From: Octopus vulgaris
Lineage: Eukaryota
Direction: 5' to 3'
Length of the DNA: 64,000 nucleotides
Assembly (NCBI GenBank): GCA_951406725.2
Contig: OX597817.1
Span: forward strand, 42,284,001 to 42,348,000
Shown: piece by piece, positions 1-13,322 of the stretch
How the letters are laid out: every line of letters begins with the position of its first letter
How positions within the stretch are numbered: position 1 is the first letter of the stretch
Made by a program: the position numbers and the translations under genes
The notes under the pieces: model-generated
What the model saw: the letters and a program-made list of their open reading frames with translations, nothing else
Told to the model about the DNA's origin: nothing
Database searches by the model: none

Positions 1-971
1 AATACTCTTCCATCTATCTGGTAGACTTGCAAGACCCCTCTTCCAAAATTCACTTGCCTGTGATGAAAAATAATTCCTCCAGTACTGTTCTGACCTCATC
101 TACAGAATTCATATTTTTTCCATCCAAATGATTTTGAAGACTGCAGAACAAATGATAATCAGTTGGTGCAATGTCCGGCGAATGCGGTGGGTGGGACATC
201 GTTTTCCACTCAAACTGTTCCAGCCTTTGGAATGTCATCCTTGCTGTATGTGGCCAAGCATTATCCTGATGGAAGAACACATTTCATCTTGAAACCAAAA
301 ATGGTCATTTTTCTTCTAATGCTGACTTAAGCCGTTCAAGCTGCTCACAGTAGATCTCCTTTATTATCATTTGGTTTGGGTTTAAAATTTCAAAGTGGAC
401 TAAACCTTTCATATACTACCAAACAGATAACAACCCCTTACATGGGTGAAGCCCCTCTTTAGCTTACCCACTGTCTTTGGTGCTTGACAATTTTATAGAG
501 AACCCATTTCTCATCACTAGTCACTATTCAGTCCAAAAAACGTTCATTGGTGCGATGTGACAGCAAAGAAGAGCACACATTCACTCTCTGAGCACAATTA
601 GACTTGGAAAGTTTGTGATGAACCCATTAACCCAATTTGCTGACTTTTCCAATGGCATGCAGGTGTTGATGAATGATTGCGTGACCAAATCCAAGCTTCT
701 TTGCTAGTTCCTCAACAGTTACGATGGGATTTTGCTCCACCAAGGTTTGCAGGAGGTCCTTGTCAAGCTCTTCAGATCTTCTAGGGCAAGGCTCATCTTC
801 TAGGCTGTAGTTTCTAGCTCAGATGTTCTGGAACTACTGTTGATACTGGCTTACACTTACTGTCTGATCCCCATACACTGCATTGATATTCCTTGCACTT
901 TCCACTGCATTGTTGCTTTTATTGAACTCATAAAGCAAAATATACTGAATATGCTCCTTTGTCACTTCCAT
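1..971 (-). pseudogene. mariner transposase pseudogene
   Basis: N-terminus MEVTKEHIQYILLYEF at 971; C-terminal DD34D motifs HQDNAWPH and HPPHSPDIAPTDYHLF in ORF 50-280; stops and frameshifts between. Confidence 0.9.
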
Positions 972-1155
972 TATAGCTTTGAAAAAATAGCTGTTAAAAT
1001 CGAACTGCACTCTTCAAAACTTGCACTAAGAATAAGGACAAGCTAAAATTACTATCTGGCTTTATAGCAAGTTGATTTAGGTAGTTTATCCTGTCCCTCT
1101 CAGACTTTTATTTCATGCAGTTGAAAAAACCACATTATTTATGGGATGACCCAAT
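1..1155 (-). mobile_element. Tc1/mariner DNA transposon (mariner family), degenerate; 3' end lies outside the window
   Basis: TIR-like end ATTGGGTCATCCCATAAATAATG on the minus strand near 1155; transposase relic inside. Confidence 0.9.
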
Positions 1156-1210
<55 letters not shown>

Positions 1211-1217
1211 TGTGTGT
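1155..1217. repeat. (TG)n microsatellite
   Basis: direct sequence. Confidence 0.95.
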
Positions 1218-1378
1218 TGGGTTTCTTTCAGTATCATTCAACCAATTCCACTCACAAGGCTTTGATCATCCTGAGGCTATAATAGAAAACACTTGCCCAA
1301 GGTGCTACACAGTGGGACTGAACCCAGAACCATGTGATTGGGATGCAAGCTTCTTCCCACACAGCCACATCTGCACCT
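1218..1378 (-). mobile_element. tRNA-derived SINE family A (CORE-like domain), 5' part
   Basis: minus strand GTGGCTGTGTGG...GGTTCAGTCCC...CCTTGGGCAAGTG; about 20 copies in the window. Confidence 0.8.
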
Positions 1379-2154
1379 AATTTTTATGACCAGTGATGTC
1401 ATTGCTACAGATCTCATCTCCACTGCTTTCATTTCCACTGCTTCTTTCATCATCACTACAGTTATCATCATCGTCACACCAGTTTCATTGCTGTTGTGAT
1501 GAGAAACAATTGCCAGAACCAAATCGTTTTATTTGGCTTAAACATTCAACTTCAGTATTTGAAGTACAAGTGTAAACATGTTCGTTTTTATTGCATATGG
1601 CTGGCTGCCAGTCTCCAACAAAAGTATAGCAATACTTTACGTCCGGAAGTAGTAATAACGATTTCATAGCATTCACCAGTACTTTTAAATATTTAAATCC
1701 ATCCAGTGGTCTCCAGATTCTTGTTGAGCAGTGAGGAAATTTGTATGGTTGGAGCCATGATTTCCTCTTCAATAATTGGATCAATACTGAACTGTTCCTG
1801 CTCACATGCTTACTGAGTCAAACTGCTTTGCATGTCAAAGCAGCAACCATCAATAGATCAACCATCAACAGATGCAGAGCTTACAACATGGGCTGGATTC
1901 CTCTACAAGTGGTCATCATTGCAACCATCAATGGAACCAGAGTTTGATTGGTTCCCTATGGAGCTCCAGATTGAGCCATATTTTTTGTTGTGATTGTGTC
2001 AGTTTGATCATTGGTATATTGCATATGAACACAGAGATAAATAACATCAATTTGTTTCAACATCCTTAACTTGTGGCTCATATTGTTGAGCTTGGTTCAA
2101 CTTGTGGCTGAGCCAAGTTCAGAAAATCATCCAGCCATCCATCCATCTATCCAT

Positions 2155-2500
2155 CCATCATCATCATCATCGTTGTCATTTAACGTCTGCTTTCCATGCT
2201 AGCATGGGTTGGACGATTTGACTGAGGGCTGGCGAACCAGATGGCTGCACCAGGCTTCAATCTTGATCTGGCAGAGTTTTTACAACTGGATGCCCTTCCT
2301 AATGCCAACCACTCCGAGAGTGTAGTGGGTGCTTTTACATGCCACTGGCACGGGGCCAGTTAGGCAGTACTGGCAACGACCTCACTTGAATCTTTTACAC
2401 ATGCCACCGGCACAGGTGCTGGTAACAGTCATGCTCGGATAGTGTCTTTTACGTGCCACTGGCACAGAGGCCAGATAGCCATTCTGGCAACGATCATGCT
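2155..2500 (-). mobile_element. repeat family C (RTE-tail SINE or non-autonomous RTE) with (GAT)n tail
   Basis: TTTAACGTCTGCTTTCCATGCTAGCATGGGTTGGAC...GGATGCCCTTCCTAA; same 3' end as the RTE at 54960-56065. Confidence 0.8.
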
Positions 2501-3429
2501 CATCTAAGTAAAGACTGTTTCATTGATGAGTGATACTGAAAGCGAAACAGTGTTTCTTGATGAGTCAGATTCATCACAATTCTTCTAAGATGTCACCCTG
2601 TAGTGACTTTTCTTTTTCTGGCAGCTTTCTTGAAGAAAGGGCCTCTGTTGTAGCATTTAGACATTTGGCTTGACTGTTTTCAATAGGATGGCATGGAAAA
2701 TTGCTTAATCTGGGACACTTGCCAAAGGTACCATGCAGAGGGAATGAACTTGAAATCACATTGTTGAAAAGTGAACTTCTGAACCACACAGCCATGACTG
2801 AGCTTCTTATTGTTCCTCAAAAGGGTACAAGCAACTTGAGACATAAATTGGGATGCTTACTTGGGGTGGATCAAAGTCAGAGCAACAAACATAGAGAATA
2901 TATTTTGAAAGCAGTGAATTAGCTTAAGTGCTGTCATATCTGAACATGCAAAGGAAAACCTTGTTTATTCACCCATAACCATAAAAAAGTAGCTATAAGA
3001 GTTATAGAGTTATAGAATGATAGGGGTCACTTGAAATTGACACTGAAATGCTCAAAACGTTGAGTGACATGAGTTTGACATTGAGAGAATGGTAGAATTA
3101 TGAGATGCATTCATCACAAGTTTTTTTTAAAAATATCTCCCATAGAAAAAAAGCAAGTTCTTAGATTTGACATAGTGTCATAATCAAGTCATTCGAGAAT
3201 GATATAAAAGTTTACATAATCGATGATTTCAGGTGGTGATATATTGAGAAGTATCTAGTAAGAGCAGAACATCAATAGCTGTGTTATCTTTACTGGATAT
3301 GTGTCAGATGTCAAAACTGTTGAGTGATAATTCCTTATACCAATGAATAATCTTATCATTCTTCATTTTTTGCGTTACTTTTTCTGACTAAAATATGAAT
3401 GAGATAAGCTCACAATGCAAAATATATTT

Positions 3430-3680
3430 GAAGTAGAAATGAAAAAAAAACCTCACCACTTCCTAACGCTTTCTAGCCATTCAAGAATTTGGAACTGGAG
3501 ATCTCCATTTCCAGCAACTTCGAGGTCCACCTCCCAGTGGTGCCGGGTGTCATTGAAGAGCCCTCGACTACAAGACGACCGAAGTTTTTTTTTTTCCAAG
3601 GTCTGGGGTCTCCTGCTCCTAAACCCTAGACCATCACCTATCACCCTTACACGTCTTGTTGCTTAACAACAACAACAACA
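3430..3680 (+). mobile_element. probable LINE 3' end fragment with (AAC)n tail
   Basis: GC-richer block ending abruptly in ACAACAACAACAACA; family not identified. Confidence 0.3.
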
Positions 3681-4348
3681 GTCCTTGTGCCAAAATTTGA
3701 AACCAGTGTAGATCCAACTTCGCATTTATGGACCCGGGTGACTTTTATGAGACTTTCTGTTTTTTTAATGCATCTATGTGCCATCAAATACAGTAATTAT
3801 CAAATTTGGATAGATTTTGACCGGTATTGATATTTTAAAACTCTCAATGTTTTCTATGAGAATCATAGTCTTCCTTTCAATTGATTTTCGATTTGTTTTA
3901 TGGTGAGAAAATTTCTTAGAGAAGAGACTTCTTCACATTGGCACTTTTACACCTTATGGAGCAAAGGTCAACAACTGCTTCTACCTGAACTTTCATTCCC
4001 ATTTCATGTTGATGTTTCTGCTTCTCTCCAGTTGGATCCCTGCTTCTTGGAGGAGGCTCTGTTCTCTCAGGTTGTATTTGTTTTGAATTGCCATCGAAGC
4101 TAACTTTTCTTTTTTCAAGGTGGAGAAACTGGCTCTACACAAAATCATTTTCATATCTGGGAAGATGTGATTCATATTAGTTTGGCCTCTTTCCAGCATG
4201 ACCTATTCAGCTCTCTTAGGAGACACACAAGCCACCTTGTCACTGAGGCACACAAGCCACCTTGTCACAACAAGGACAGGACCTTGTGGGGCTGGAGAAG
4301 AAAGCAACAGGTTTGTTACATCATGTAAATGACAGGTTTATTACACAT

Positions 4349-4578
4349 GGCAAGCTGACAGAAACGTTAGCACGCTGGACGAAATGCTTAGCAATATTTC
4401 GTCTGCCGCTAGGTTCTGAGTTCAAATTCCGCCGAGGTCGACTTTGCCTTTCATCCTTTTGGGGGTCAATTAAATAAGTACCAATTACACACTGGGGTCG
4501 ATGTAATCAACTTAATCCGTTTGTCTGAACTTGTTTGTCCTCTCTGTGTTTAGCCCCTTGTGGGTAGTAAAGAAATGG
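4349..4578 (+). mobile_element. SINE family B (Nin/Deu-domain-like) with TSD
   Basis: B-box GAGTTCAAATTCC, central GCCTTTCATCCTTTTGGGGGTC...AAGTACC; flanking direct repeat GGTTTATTACAC. Confidence 0.8.
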
Positions 4579-5544
4579 GTTTATTACACTGAGAAAGGAG
4601 ACCTGGGATCAAAGTCCTGGAGACACCAGTTTCAGCAGAGAGTGGAACTTCAGGCAAAACAGGTGAAATTGAGGGGCATTAATAATATACATCAGTAGAT
4701 ACAGTGTGAGATTCACAAAGTTTTTGTGAGGCTACTTAGAATTGTGACATAAGATTCAATGTGTTCACTCTGTAGTTGTTTCATGACTGCAGTAGGAATC
4801 TACAAAATACTGAATCTTGCTGCTTAATGAGGATATGCTGAGAAGATAATCATCATCATCGTCGTCATCGTCATCATTGCCATCATCATCATCACTACTA
4901 CCATCATCATCATCACCCCCACCACCACCACTACTACCATCATCATCATCATCATCATCATCCTTTAATGTATGTTTTCCATGTTGGCATGGGTTAGACG
5001 GTTTGACAGGAGCTGGCCAGACTCCAGTCGTCTGTTGTGGCATGGTTTCTACAACTGGATGACCCTTCCTGACACCATGAAGGGTAACTATTACAGAATT
5101 GTAGTCAACATAATTTACAATATGGCTAAAGATTGATGGTGAGATGAAGTTAGTAAAGTTGAGTGAATCATTTTCATTCTGTAGGTCTGGGAACTCAGTA
5201 AGAAAATTTTAAGAACATAGTTTTCATTGGTGTCTATGCTTGCAGCTAATGAAGTGCTGTCAGAATGATGTGGCCAAAGAGATTCTTCTGTTGTTGTTGT
5301 TGTTGTTGCATTTCACTACTTCAAGACATGACCCGGGGCACTTTCTTGTCAAACTTATGGAGGTAATTGTTTCTAAATTGTAGCTAAATAAATTTCAGTA
5401 ATGAGAGACAGTTGCCTAGAATCGTATTTTATTTGGTAAAAGCATTCAAAGTGTTAAGTGGGAAGGTGTTCGTTTTTATTACAGCCTTCAACTATGAAGT
5501 GTACCATAATGCCCTAGACCAGAAATAGCAATCATCCTGCTGCA

Positions 5545-5885
5545 GCTATCATCATCATCATCATCATCATCTTCCTCATCATCATCATCATCATCATCAT
5601 AACCACAACTATTGTTGTGAACACCACCATCATCATCATCATCATTACTGTGGCTATCATCATCATCATCATCACCCCTATCATCATCATCACCACCTCC
5701 ACCATCATCATCGTCATCGTCATCATCATCGTCATCATCACCACCACCATTATCATCTTTGTCAGTATCATCATCATTGCTGTCATCATTATCATCATTG
5801 TCGTTGTCATCGTCGATGTTGTTGTCATCATCTTTGCTACCATCATCATCATTGTCATCACGGCTTTCATCACCACCACTACTAC
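5545..5885. repeat. cryptic (CAT/CAC/CGT)n trinucleotide tract
   Basis: direct sequence; source of the poly-D/poly-M ORFs. Confidence 0.95.
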
Positions 5886-6770
5886 TTGATCCAGCAAGGA
5901 TTCCTCTGTAGGGTTGCATGACGTGCTAGAAATAGCAGCCAAAACTCTCACATCACATCTGTCTAGATTAAAAAAGAAAGGTCATAATGCTTTTACATTA
6001 AGTCATCTTGGTTAGATAAATAATCAGAAATCAGTGGACTATGAACTATAAGGTTATGAGTTCAAATCTTCAGATCTTCCTCAGTGGGATGGTGGTGCTG
6101 TTACACACAGAGACACAGCTGAAGATATTTCAACCAATTGAAAAGAAGTCACTGACAAATACACTTTAATCTCTTACCCAGTAATAAGCTGTCTTCTCTT
6201 TCTCTCCCTCTCTCTCTCTCCCTCTCACTTTCTCTCTCTCCCTCTCTCCTCTCTCCTCACTTTCTCTGTCTTTTCTACCACTGCTACAATGGCCTTTTTG
6301 TCTCTGCTAATCATGTGCCGTCTCTCCTTCCAGCACTGTCAACACAGGCATTTCTTCATTTCTTGCCCTTACATGGTTTCCAGCCTCACACTACCCCACG
6401 CCTCTCCTACACTCAGTCATTTGTTCCCAGTATGTCAGTCTTCTGGAAATCTTTCCTGCTGCTACTAACTTACTAACCATGGAACATTAATAGATCATTA
6501 ATAAGCACAACACTAAATAACTTCAGTCATACTAGACTCGACAGGTCTGTAAATGCCACGGGTACAGCACCTTCCTCAACATAAAAGCCAATAGGAAAAA
6601 AAGAATAAATAATATAAAAGCCATCTGTGTATCATACATAATGCAAATACAACATGAAAAGCAAATTGACTGCAGTATTTTTCCAGAAATGACATCTCCT
6701 ATGGATGTACTGTGTTTAAAAACACAAATGTATAGTGATTGATGAAAATTATCTAGCAGTGGCTGTGAGA

Positions 6771-6815
6771 ATGCCAGATGCATGTTTCTGCCTTGTTGGG
6801 CTTTGTCAGTAGCAT
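6771..6815 (-). ncRNA. degenerate type I hammerhead ribozyme
   Basis: minus: ATGCTA CTGACAA A GCC caacaa GGC A GAAA CATGCA TC TGGCAT; 6-bp stem I; core G8>A. Confidence 0.6.
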
Positions 6816-7492
6816 AGGAGCATGTACCCACTGCTAAATGAATGTTAAGATCTGTCACTACTGATATAATTTCTTATTTGTACTTGTGATGGCATTTATC
6901 TGAGATGGGCTGAGACAGTTCTGACCAACGAGTTCACCATGTCCCTCACAAATGCTGGCAACATCCAGCAGTCAGCCACAATTGAGGCTTTAGGGAATAC
7001 CCACTCTCAGTTCCACTGCTGAAGACCATAGATGCAGGGGCTCACCTGTGCTTCTATGTCTACCTTTATCATTGTCAGTCAAATCTTCAGTTGTCTTCCA
7101 GTTTGTTTGTGCCAACCAAGGAGAGGAGCCAGGTTGACTGCCATGTGAATGAATTCCCTTGGAGGCTGACAGAGAGTATGGCCAAACCATCTTAGAAGTC
7201 TTGTGAGTAGAGCTTGTTTCAGAGAGTTTATGCAACAGGATTATCGAATTTCGGGGTTCAAAATGAAGTCCAATAGATGAACATGCAGAATTTGACATAA
7301 GCAGTAGTGGTCAAAGATTTCAAGTTCTTGGAGATCTTTGACCCTCACTGGCTAGGATTTGCACCCATAGAGAAGAATAACCTAGGTGAGTGCTTGGAAA
7401 ATATTTTTTGTGTATAACACTTGATGTGTTATACACTTTTAATGTATTACACACTTTTGTGTAAATTTTGAGCATAATATTTGATGTAAATA

Positions 7493-8058
7493 TTGAGTTG
7501 TCTGGAAAGTTCATGCTGATTTTTAAAGGAAAGAAAAAGGTCAATAAATACTTGCCATTACATTTTTAATCAACCAAATATGAACCATTTTGTTGCACAA
7601 TGCATCTCCATCTTTCCTTTAACATGAAAATACCCTCTTCCCAGAATTGAGGTGGTTTCATGGCAAAGAATTCATCAAGGTATCTCTTTACATCATCCAA
7701 GGAATTGAAATTTTTATCATTAAGACTATTCTGCAGAGACCTGAATAAGTGGAAATCTGAAGGAGCAATATCTGGTGAATATGGATTGTGGGGTAATACA
7801 TCCCAGCCGAGCTGAAGCAATTTTTGTCTGGTTCCCAAAGCATCAAGTGCCAAAAATGAACTTTCTTATCTTCCATTTTAAAGGGTTACAGAATTAACAC
7901 AGGTTATAGGAACATAAACTTTCTTCCCTGAAAAGATAGCTTAAAATGTGCTCCAAATGGAGGTGTAGTCAAATCCTATTTTACGGACTCAACCATGTTC
8001 TAAAATAAGTCAAAAGGTAAGCTACTATAAATCGGCACAAACTTTCCGGACAACCCAA
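7493..8058 (-). mobile_element. internally deleted mariner (MITE-like), TA TSD
   Basis: TIRs TTG(G/A)GTTGTC(C/T)GGAAAGTT at both ends with TA flanks; MEDKKVHF fused to LGWDVLPHNPYSPDIAPSDFHLF. Confidence 0.95.
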
Positions 8059-8183
8059 TACATTGTATAAAAGCAAATTAGCAGAAGTGTTCATCTGGAG
8101 ATAATATATCTTATGGACTGATTGTATTTATAAGCAGAAATGTATTAGTAGCAGATGATTATTGTCCAGCTGTAGCAGTGAGA

Positions 8184-8228
8184 ATGTTAGATGTGCATTT
8201 CTGCCTCATTGGGATTTGTCAGAAGCAT
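8184..8228 (-). ncRNA. degenerate type I hammerhead ribozyme (second pLTR copy)
   Basis: minus: ATGCTT CTGACAA ATCC caatga GGC A GAAA TGCACA TC TAACAT; paralog of 6771-6815. Confidence 0.45.
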
Positions 8229-8399
8229 AGAAGTATGTATTTATTGGCAGCCACATGCTAAGACAAAATCTGTCAACATTGATATAGGGAAACAGTAATT
8301 GAAATAATTCACTGATGCTGCAATTTGCCACCGGGCTGAATAAAGATCTGTTATGTGCAACGGAAGCAGTATTAAATTAAAGTAGCTGCATGATTATCA

Positions 8400-8945
8400 T
8401 AATTAATGCAGATGCATTGTGAAAAGGCAAATTAAATGCAGTATTCTTTCCCAAGACAAATAGTGCTGGCAAAATCTGCATTCTCAAAATTGTAAAACAT
8501 CTTGAGAAACCATACTCTGGGCATCAAGACCAAGATCTGTATATTGAACTGCTGTGTCTACCCTGTGTTAATATACAGAGGTGAAGCATGGTCTATGACA
8601 CCAAAAATCAGAAGGTGCTGTGAAATGTGATTCTTAGGGAAAATATTCTTTTTTTTTCTATTCTAGGCACAAGGCCCAAAACTTTTGGGGAGGGAGCCAG
8701 TTGATTAGATCAACCCTAGTATGCAACTGGTATTTAATTCATCAACCCCCAAAAGGATGAAAAGCAAAGTCGACCACAGCAGAATTTAAACTCAGAGCAT
8801 AAGACAGATGAAATACCACTAAGCATATCGCCCAGCATGCTAATGTTTCTGCTGGTTCGCCACCTTATTCTTGGGAAGAATATTGAGAATAGTATGGACA
8901 GACAAACTATCTAATAAAGAAATGATGACCCAGGTTGTAGTAAAT
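8400..8945 (+). mobile_element. RTE-clade LINE RT fragment, split by a family B SINE (~8650-8865, minus)
   Basis: translates LAKSAFSKL*NIL...LNCCVYPVLIYRGEAW, resuming as LRIVWTDKLSNKEM. Confidence 0.7.
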
Positions 8946-9879
8946 AGGATATGTCTTCATAGGATAAGGGCTGGAAGAAATAATGCTAAGGAGTTTTTTC
9001 AACATGGCTGAAGCGGGAAGACCAATAATGGCTTGAAAGTCATAACATGCCGGCAGAAAATAACATCACTAGGTGAGACAATCTGACACTGAATTAGCTT
9101 CGCTGATTGACAGGTGACGCTCTCATTTAGAGAATGCATGGGCTGAGACTACGTGCCTTCGTTGGTCAGTTAAAGTTGAGACAGTGTCACGTGACAACTT
9201 GCTGGGGCTGCCTGCTGGAGCCTAGCAGCAGGTATTTAAGGAAAGAATTTGACAAGACACTCGTTGATGTTACATCAAAGAGGCCAGGGAACAGAAGAAA
9301 GAAAGAGAAAGAAGACATACACTCAACACCAGAGCTGAAGACACCTCCAAAAGGGGGGCACCCCGCCACATCAATACAGTAGAGGAGTAGGGGCCGAAAC
9401 CGGACGTGGTTTTTCCTGATGATGTCTTGAGCTAACTGAATCCTATAAAGGAGCTGTTGAGGAAGGTAGCAGACCACGAAACATGGTTGAAATTCCTCCT
9501 CCATGATTCTACTACCTTTCCACCTTTTATGAAAAGGATAGACTAATGCCTAAATTTACAAACCTATCATTCCCATACAAGCATTACAATATGGTTTTAT
9601 AACCAGAGAAGCAAATCTGACATTTTCTTTCGGCAAGAATCTATACTGGATGCTTCATCACATTTTACAATTCTATGTAAAACAATAAAGATTATCATTT
9701 GAAAATATCTTTAATGCTCTTCTCTTTTGGCAACAGACTTATCTTTATCACTTTATCACCTTTCTATCAGCTTGTCTCTAACCCTGCGCTTTATTTTCAC
9801 TTTTTGCCTTTTTTATATACTCCCTCATTCTTTCTTTTCTTCTCTTATGCACACAACTGTTTACATATCCTCCAGCATC

Positions 9880-10275
9880 TTGCTCTCTCCCCCCTCTCTC
9901 ACTCTCACACACACACATACACACACATACACACACATACACACATACATACATACACACACACATACATACACACACACACATTCTCATGTAAACAATG
10001 ATTACATATGCTACAACATTCCCTCTCTTTCTCTCTCTCTCTGCCTATCTCTCACTCCCTCTCTTACTCTCCTCTCTTTCACTTTCTCTCTCTTACTCTC
10101 TTTCTGTCACTCTCTCTTTCTCTCACTCTCTATGTCTCTCCTTACCTCTCTCTTGCTCTGGCACTTTCATTCTCTTCTCTCTCAATCTACCTCTCTTTCT
10201 CTCTCTCACTTTCTCTCTCTCTCACTTTCTCTCTCTCTCACTCTCTCTCTCTCTCCTTCTCTCCCTTTTGCTCTC
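9880..10275. repeat. (CA)n plus degenerate (CT)n tract
   Basis: direct sequence. Confidence 0.9.
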
Positions 10276-10449
10276 CTAAAGTAATTTACCCAACTTTAGC
10301 AATGATCACTTTTTAATTTTTAAAACACTGTAAAATATTTATTTTAAGCCAAGTAATTAACTTGTTTGTCATAACCAACGATTAATTCCTGAAAAACAAA
10401 ATCTGGCAGAATTAGGAACCAAACAATGAAAGTTCTCTAAAGGAAAAGC

Positions 10450-10540
10450 CTGCTGCTGCTGCTGTTGTTGTTGTTCTTGTTGTTGTTCCTGATGTCATTG
10501 CTTTTCTCATTGTTCTTGTTGCTGCTGTTATTGTGTTTGC

Positions 10541-10592
<52 letters not shown>

Positions 10593-10647
10593 CTTCTTCT
10601 TCTTCTTCTTCTTCTTCTTCTTCTTCTTCTTCTTCTTCTTCTTCTTC
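10450..10647. repeat. compound (GCT)/(GTT)n/(CTT)n microsatellite
   Basis: direct sequence. Confidence 0.95.
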
Positions 10648-11237
10648 CAATCAGGACACACGCCATTAGCCACAAAGAATTATCTCTAATTCAAGCCTAC
10701 TCTAAGCTACTAAGAATGCGTGTGGCAACTTGAAGATCCAACCACCACACGCGATAGACTGGTGGTTGCACTGGTGCAAAAGCTACATTGTTATCCTCAT
10801 TCTGTAAACGGTGGCTTTTTAACAGATGGAGAGCTGAACCATCCTGGGGTACAGAGGATTCGCAATCTAGACTAGGGTCTGAAAGTTTACTATACCATAG
10901 TGGGTTACACCATGGTTCCTCTGCTTTGTGGCAGAAGTAGGCAGAAAGAGTGAGAGAAAGTTGTGATGAAAGAGTGCAGCGGGGTTCACACGCCCACCCA
11001 CCCCACCGGAGCCTCGTTGGGCCATTGTGCCTCCACTCTCTTGTTGTTGTCATTGCAATTGTTGTTGTTTTGTTGTCATTGTTTCGTTGTTTTGCCCTGT
11101 TGTGGCTTGAGAGGTTGTTGGTCTGGTCTTTGGTGATGGCCGGTTGGAGTGATGAATGAAAATATGTTTCTTGGGCTGCATGTAGAAGTAACTGAGCAAC
11201 AACTGTGAACATTTTACAGAAGATTTTATTATCTTTA

Positions 11238-11617
11238 GGCGCAGGAGTGACTGTGTGGTAAGAAGCTTGCTTACCAACCACATGGTTCTGGGTTCAGTTC
11301 CACTGTGTGGAACCTTGGGCAAGTGTCTTCTGCTATAGCCTCGGGCTGACCAAAGCCTTGTGAGTGGATTTGGAAGACAGAAACTGAAAGAAGGCCGTCG
11401 TATATATGTATATATATATATGTGTGCGTGTGTGTATGTTTGTGTGTCTGTGTTTATCCCCCCAACATCGCTTGACAACCAATGCTGGTGTGTTTATATC
11501 CCCGAAACTTAGCAGTTCGGCAAAGAATAAGTCCTGGGGTCGATTTGCTCAACTAAAGGCAGTGCTCCAGTATGGCCACAGTCAAATGACTGAAACAAAT
11601 AAAAGAGTAAAAGAGAG
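11238..11617 (+). mobile_element. SINE family A, full length with internal (TA)/(TG) tract
   Basis: tRNA-like head, CORE-like CCTTGGGCAAGTG, tail GACTGAAACAAATAAAAGAG. Confidence 0.85.
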
Positions 11618-12252
11618 TTATCACGCATAAAGATAAACTGTGTTGACCTTTTACAAATAACAACAGCAATAATTACATACTGGGAGAGATACTGCTTGGA
11701 GTTTAGGCTAAGCTGTTGATATGGCAAAATGTAGCTTACTCAACATAAATGAAAATGGTTGTGCTATATTCGTGGTCAAGCCAAGTGAGATCAGAGTCAT
11801 TATCAATTCCAGCATTATGTAACTAGCATCTGTGCCTGTGGCATTAGGAAGGGCATCCAGCAATAGAAACCATGCTAAATCAGAGTGGAATCCGGTGCAG
11901 TTTCCCAGCTTACTAGTTTTCAGTCAAACCGTCCAACCCATGCCAGCATTGAAAATGGACGTTAAATGATGACGGTGATGATGATGATGAGGATGATGAT
12001 GAGGATGAGGATGGAGGTTCCTGTCATCTATCTGTGCCCATCTGCTGTAGCCACCTTCTTGGCTCATGCCAAGTAGTTTTTATAGGAGACCGCAAGTCAA
12101 ATTCTAGAATGTTCAAGAAAACCTGTCCACACTATTGTTTTGTGAAACTATGATGGTTTGCTTGTGATGTCTGACCATGCACCCAGGGACCTGAGTTCAA
12201 ATCAGTCCCATCTCAACCCTGATAAAGCAAACTTACGAGGCAAGGTTTATAT

Positions 12253-12600
12253 CAGTGGTTCTTAACCCAAACAGTGAACCCTCTTCAGGCCATTGCCAGC
12301 TCACAAGGGATTCACAAATATCAAGAAGGCTCTTGAGCCAAAGGAATTGGTACTGGGTATTTTAGAGGGGTGGTAGTCATGATTTTTCATAGAAATCTAA
12401 TATTTTAACCAAGTATAATACTTATATTTTTAACACACTTTTCCAAAACATTTTTGTCAAGATTAGGATATGAATCAGATATTGCATTATCAGAGAACAG
12501 AAAACATTAACTAAAGATGCACCAATGTCCATTGTAATTTCATTATCTGAGTTCTCACTAATTACTGATGCAAGTAAAAGATAAAAGCTAAGTAATATAT
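12253..12600. mobile_element. possible hAT (Charlie-like) non-autonomous element end
   Basis: begins CAGTGGTTCTTAACC, a typical hAT TIR; partner TIR not found. Confidence 0.3.
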
Positions 12601-12944
12601 AAAAGGTTATGTAATATATAAAAGCTATATAATATTAATTGTTGTTATTGTTGCTGTTTGGTTTTATCTTAGTTCTGATAAGCAGACCTATGACCAAAAA
12701 AATTTCAGCCATGGCTATCTTGTATTGTTTAAGTATATCTTGGACTACATTATCCAGCATGTCCTTCTAATTTTTAAGAAAGCAGGGTAAGATTTAAGGA
12801 AGATGTAGCTTTTGTTTCTAGCCATTTGCATGGACAAGTAGAGGCATCTGGTTTCAACGGAGGTGTTGTCATGCTGGAGCACTGCCTCCTAGACTATAGT
12901 CAAATACATTGACTCCAGCTATTTTTGTGACAGATACTCTCTAT

Positions 12945-13322
12945 TACTCTTTTACACTTTTACTTGTTTCAGTCATTTGACTGCGGCCATGCTGGAGCAC
13001 CGCCTTTAGTCGAGTAAATCGACCCCAGGACTTATTCTTTGTAAGCCTAGTATTTATTCTATCGGTCTCTTTTGCCAAACCGCTAAGTTAAGGGATGTAA
13101 ACACACCAGCATCAGTTGTCAAGTGACGCTGGGGGGACACAGACACACACACACACATATATAATGGTTTTCTTTCAGCTTCCATCTACCAAATCTACTC
13201 ACAAGGCTTAGGTCGGCCTGAGGCTATAGTAGAAGACACTTGCCCAAAGTGTTATGCAGTGGGCCTGAACCCAGAACCATGTGGCTGGTAAGCAAGCTAC
13301 TTACCACACAGCCACCCCTGTA
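12945..13322 (-). mobile_element. SINE family A
   Basis: reverse complement of the 11238-11617 type. Confidence 0.85.

Larger units (their letters stand above)
6640..8290 (-). mobile_element. ancient Penelope-like element relic: pLTR, GIY-YIG fragment, pLTR; interrupted by a mariner derivative
   Basis: diverged direct repeats ~6640-6870 and ~8060-8285, each with an HHR-like motif; minus-strand QTGRQLKI*LT at 7073-7105 resembles the GIY-YIG GQTxRxLxxRxxEH motif. Confidence 0.65.

Noticed and set aside
2517-2570. TTGATGA...GCGAAAC hammerhead-like string
   Set aside because: No stem I pairing and a 2-bp stem II; looks like a short local duplication.
6114-6160. CTGAAGA followed by a TTTCAA/TTGAAA hairpin
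   Set aside because: GAAA core and cleavage triplet are not correctly placed, and there is no stem I.
7566-7853. Functional transposase or SETMAR-like gene
   Set aside because: Only the C-terminal fragment remains in an internally deleted element.
9134-9504. GC-richer block with overlapping 82/105-aa ORFs
   Set aside because: No recognisable motif or splice pattern; probably an unidentified TE relic.
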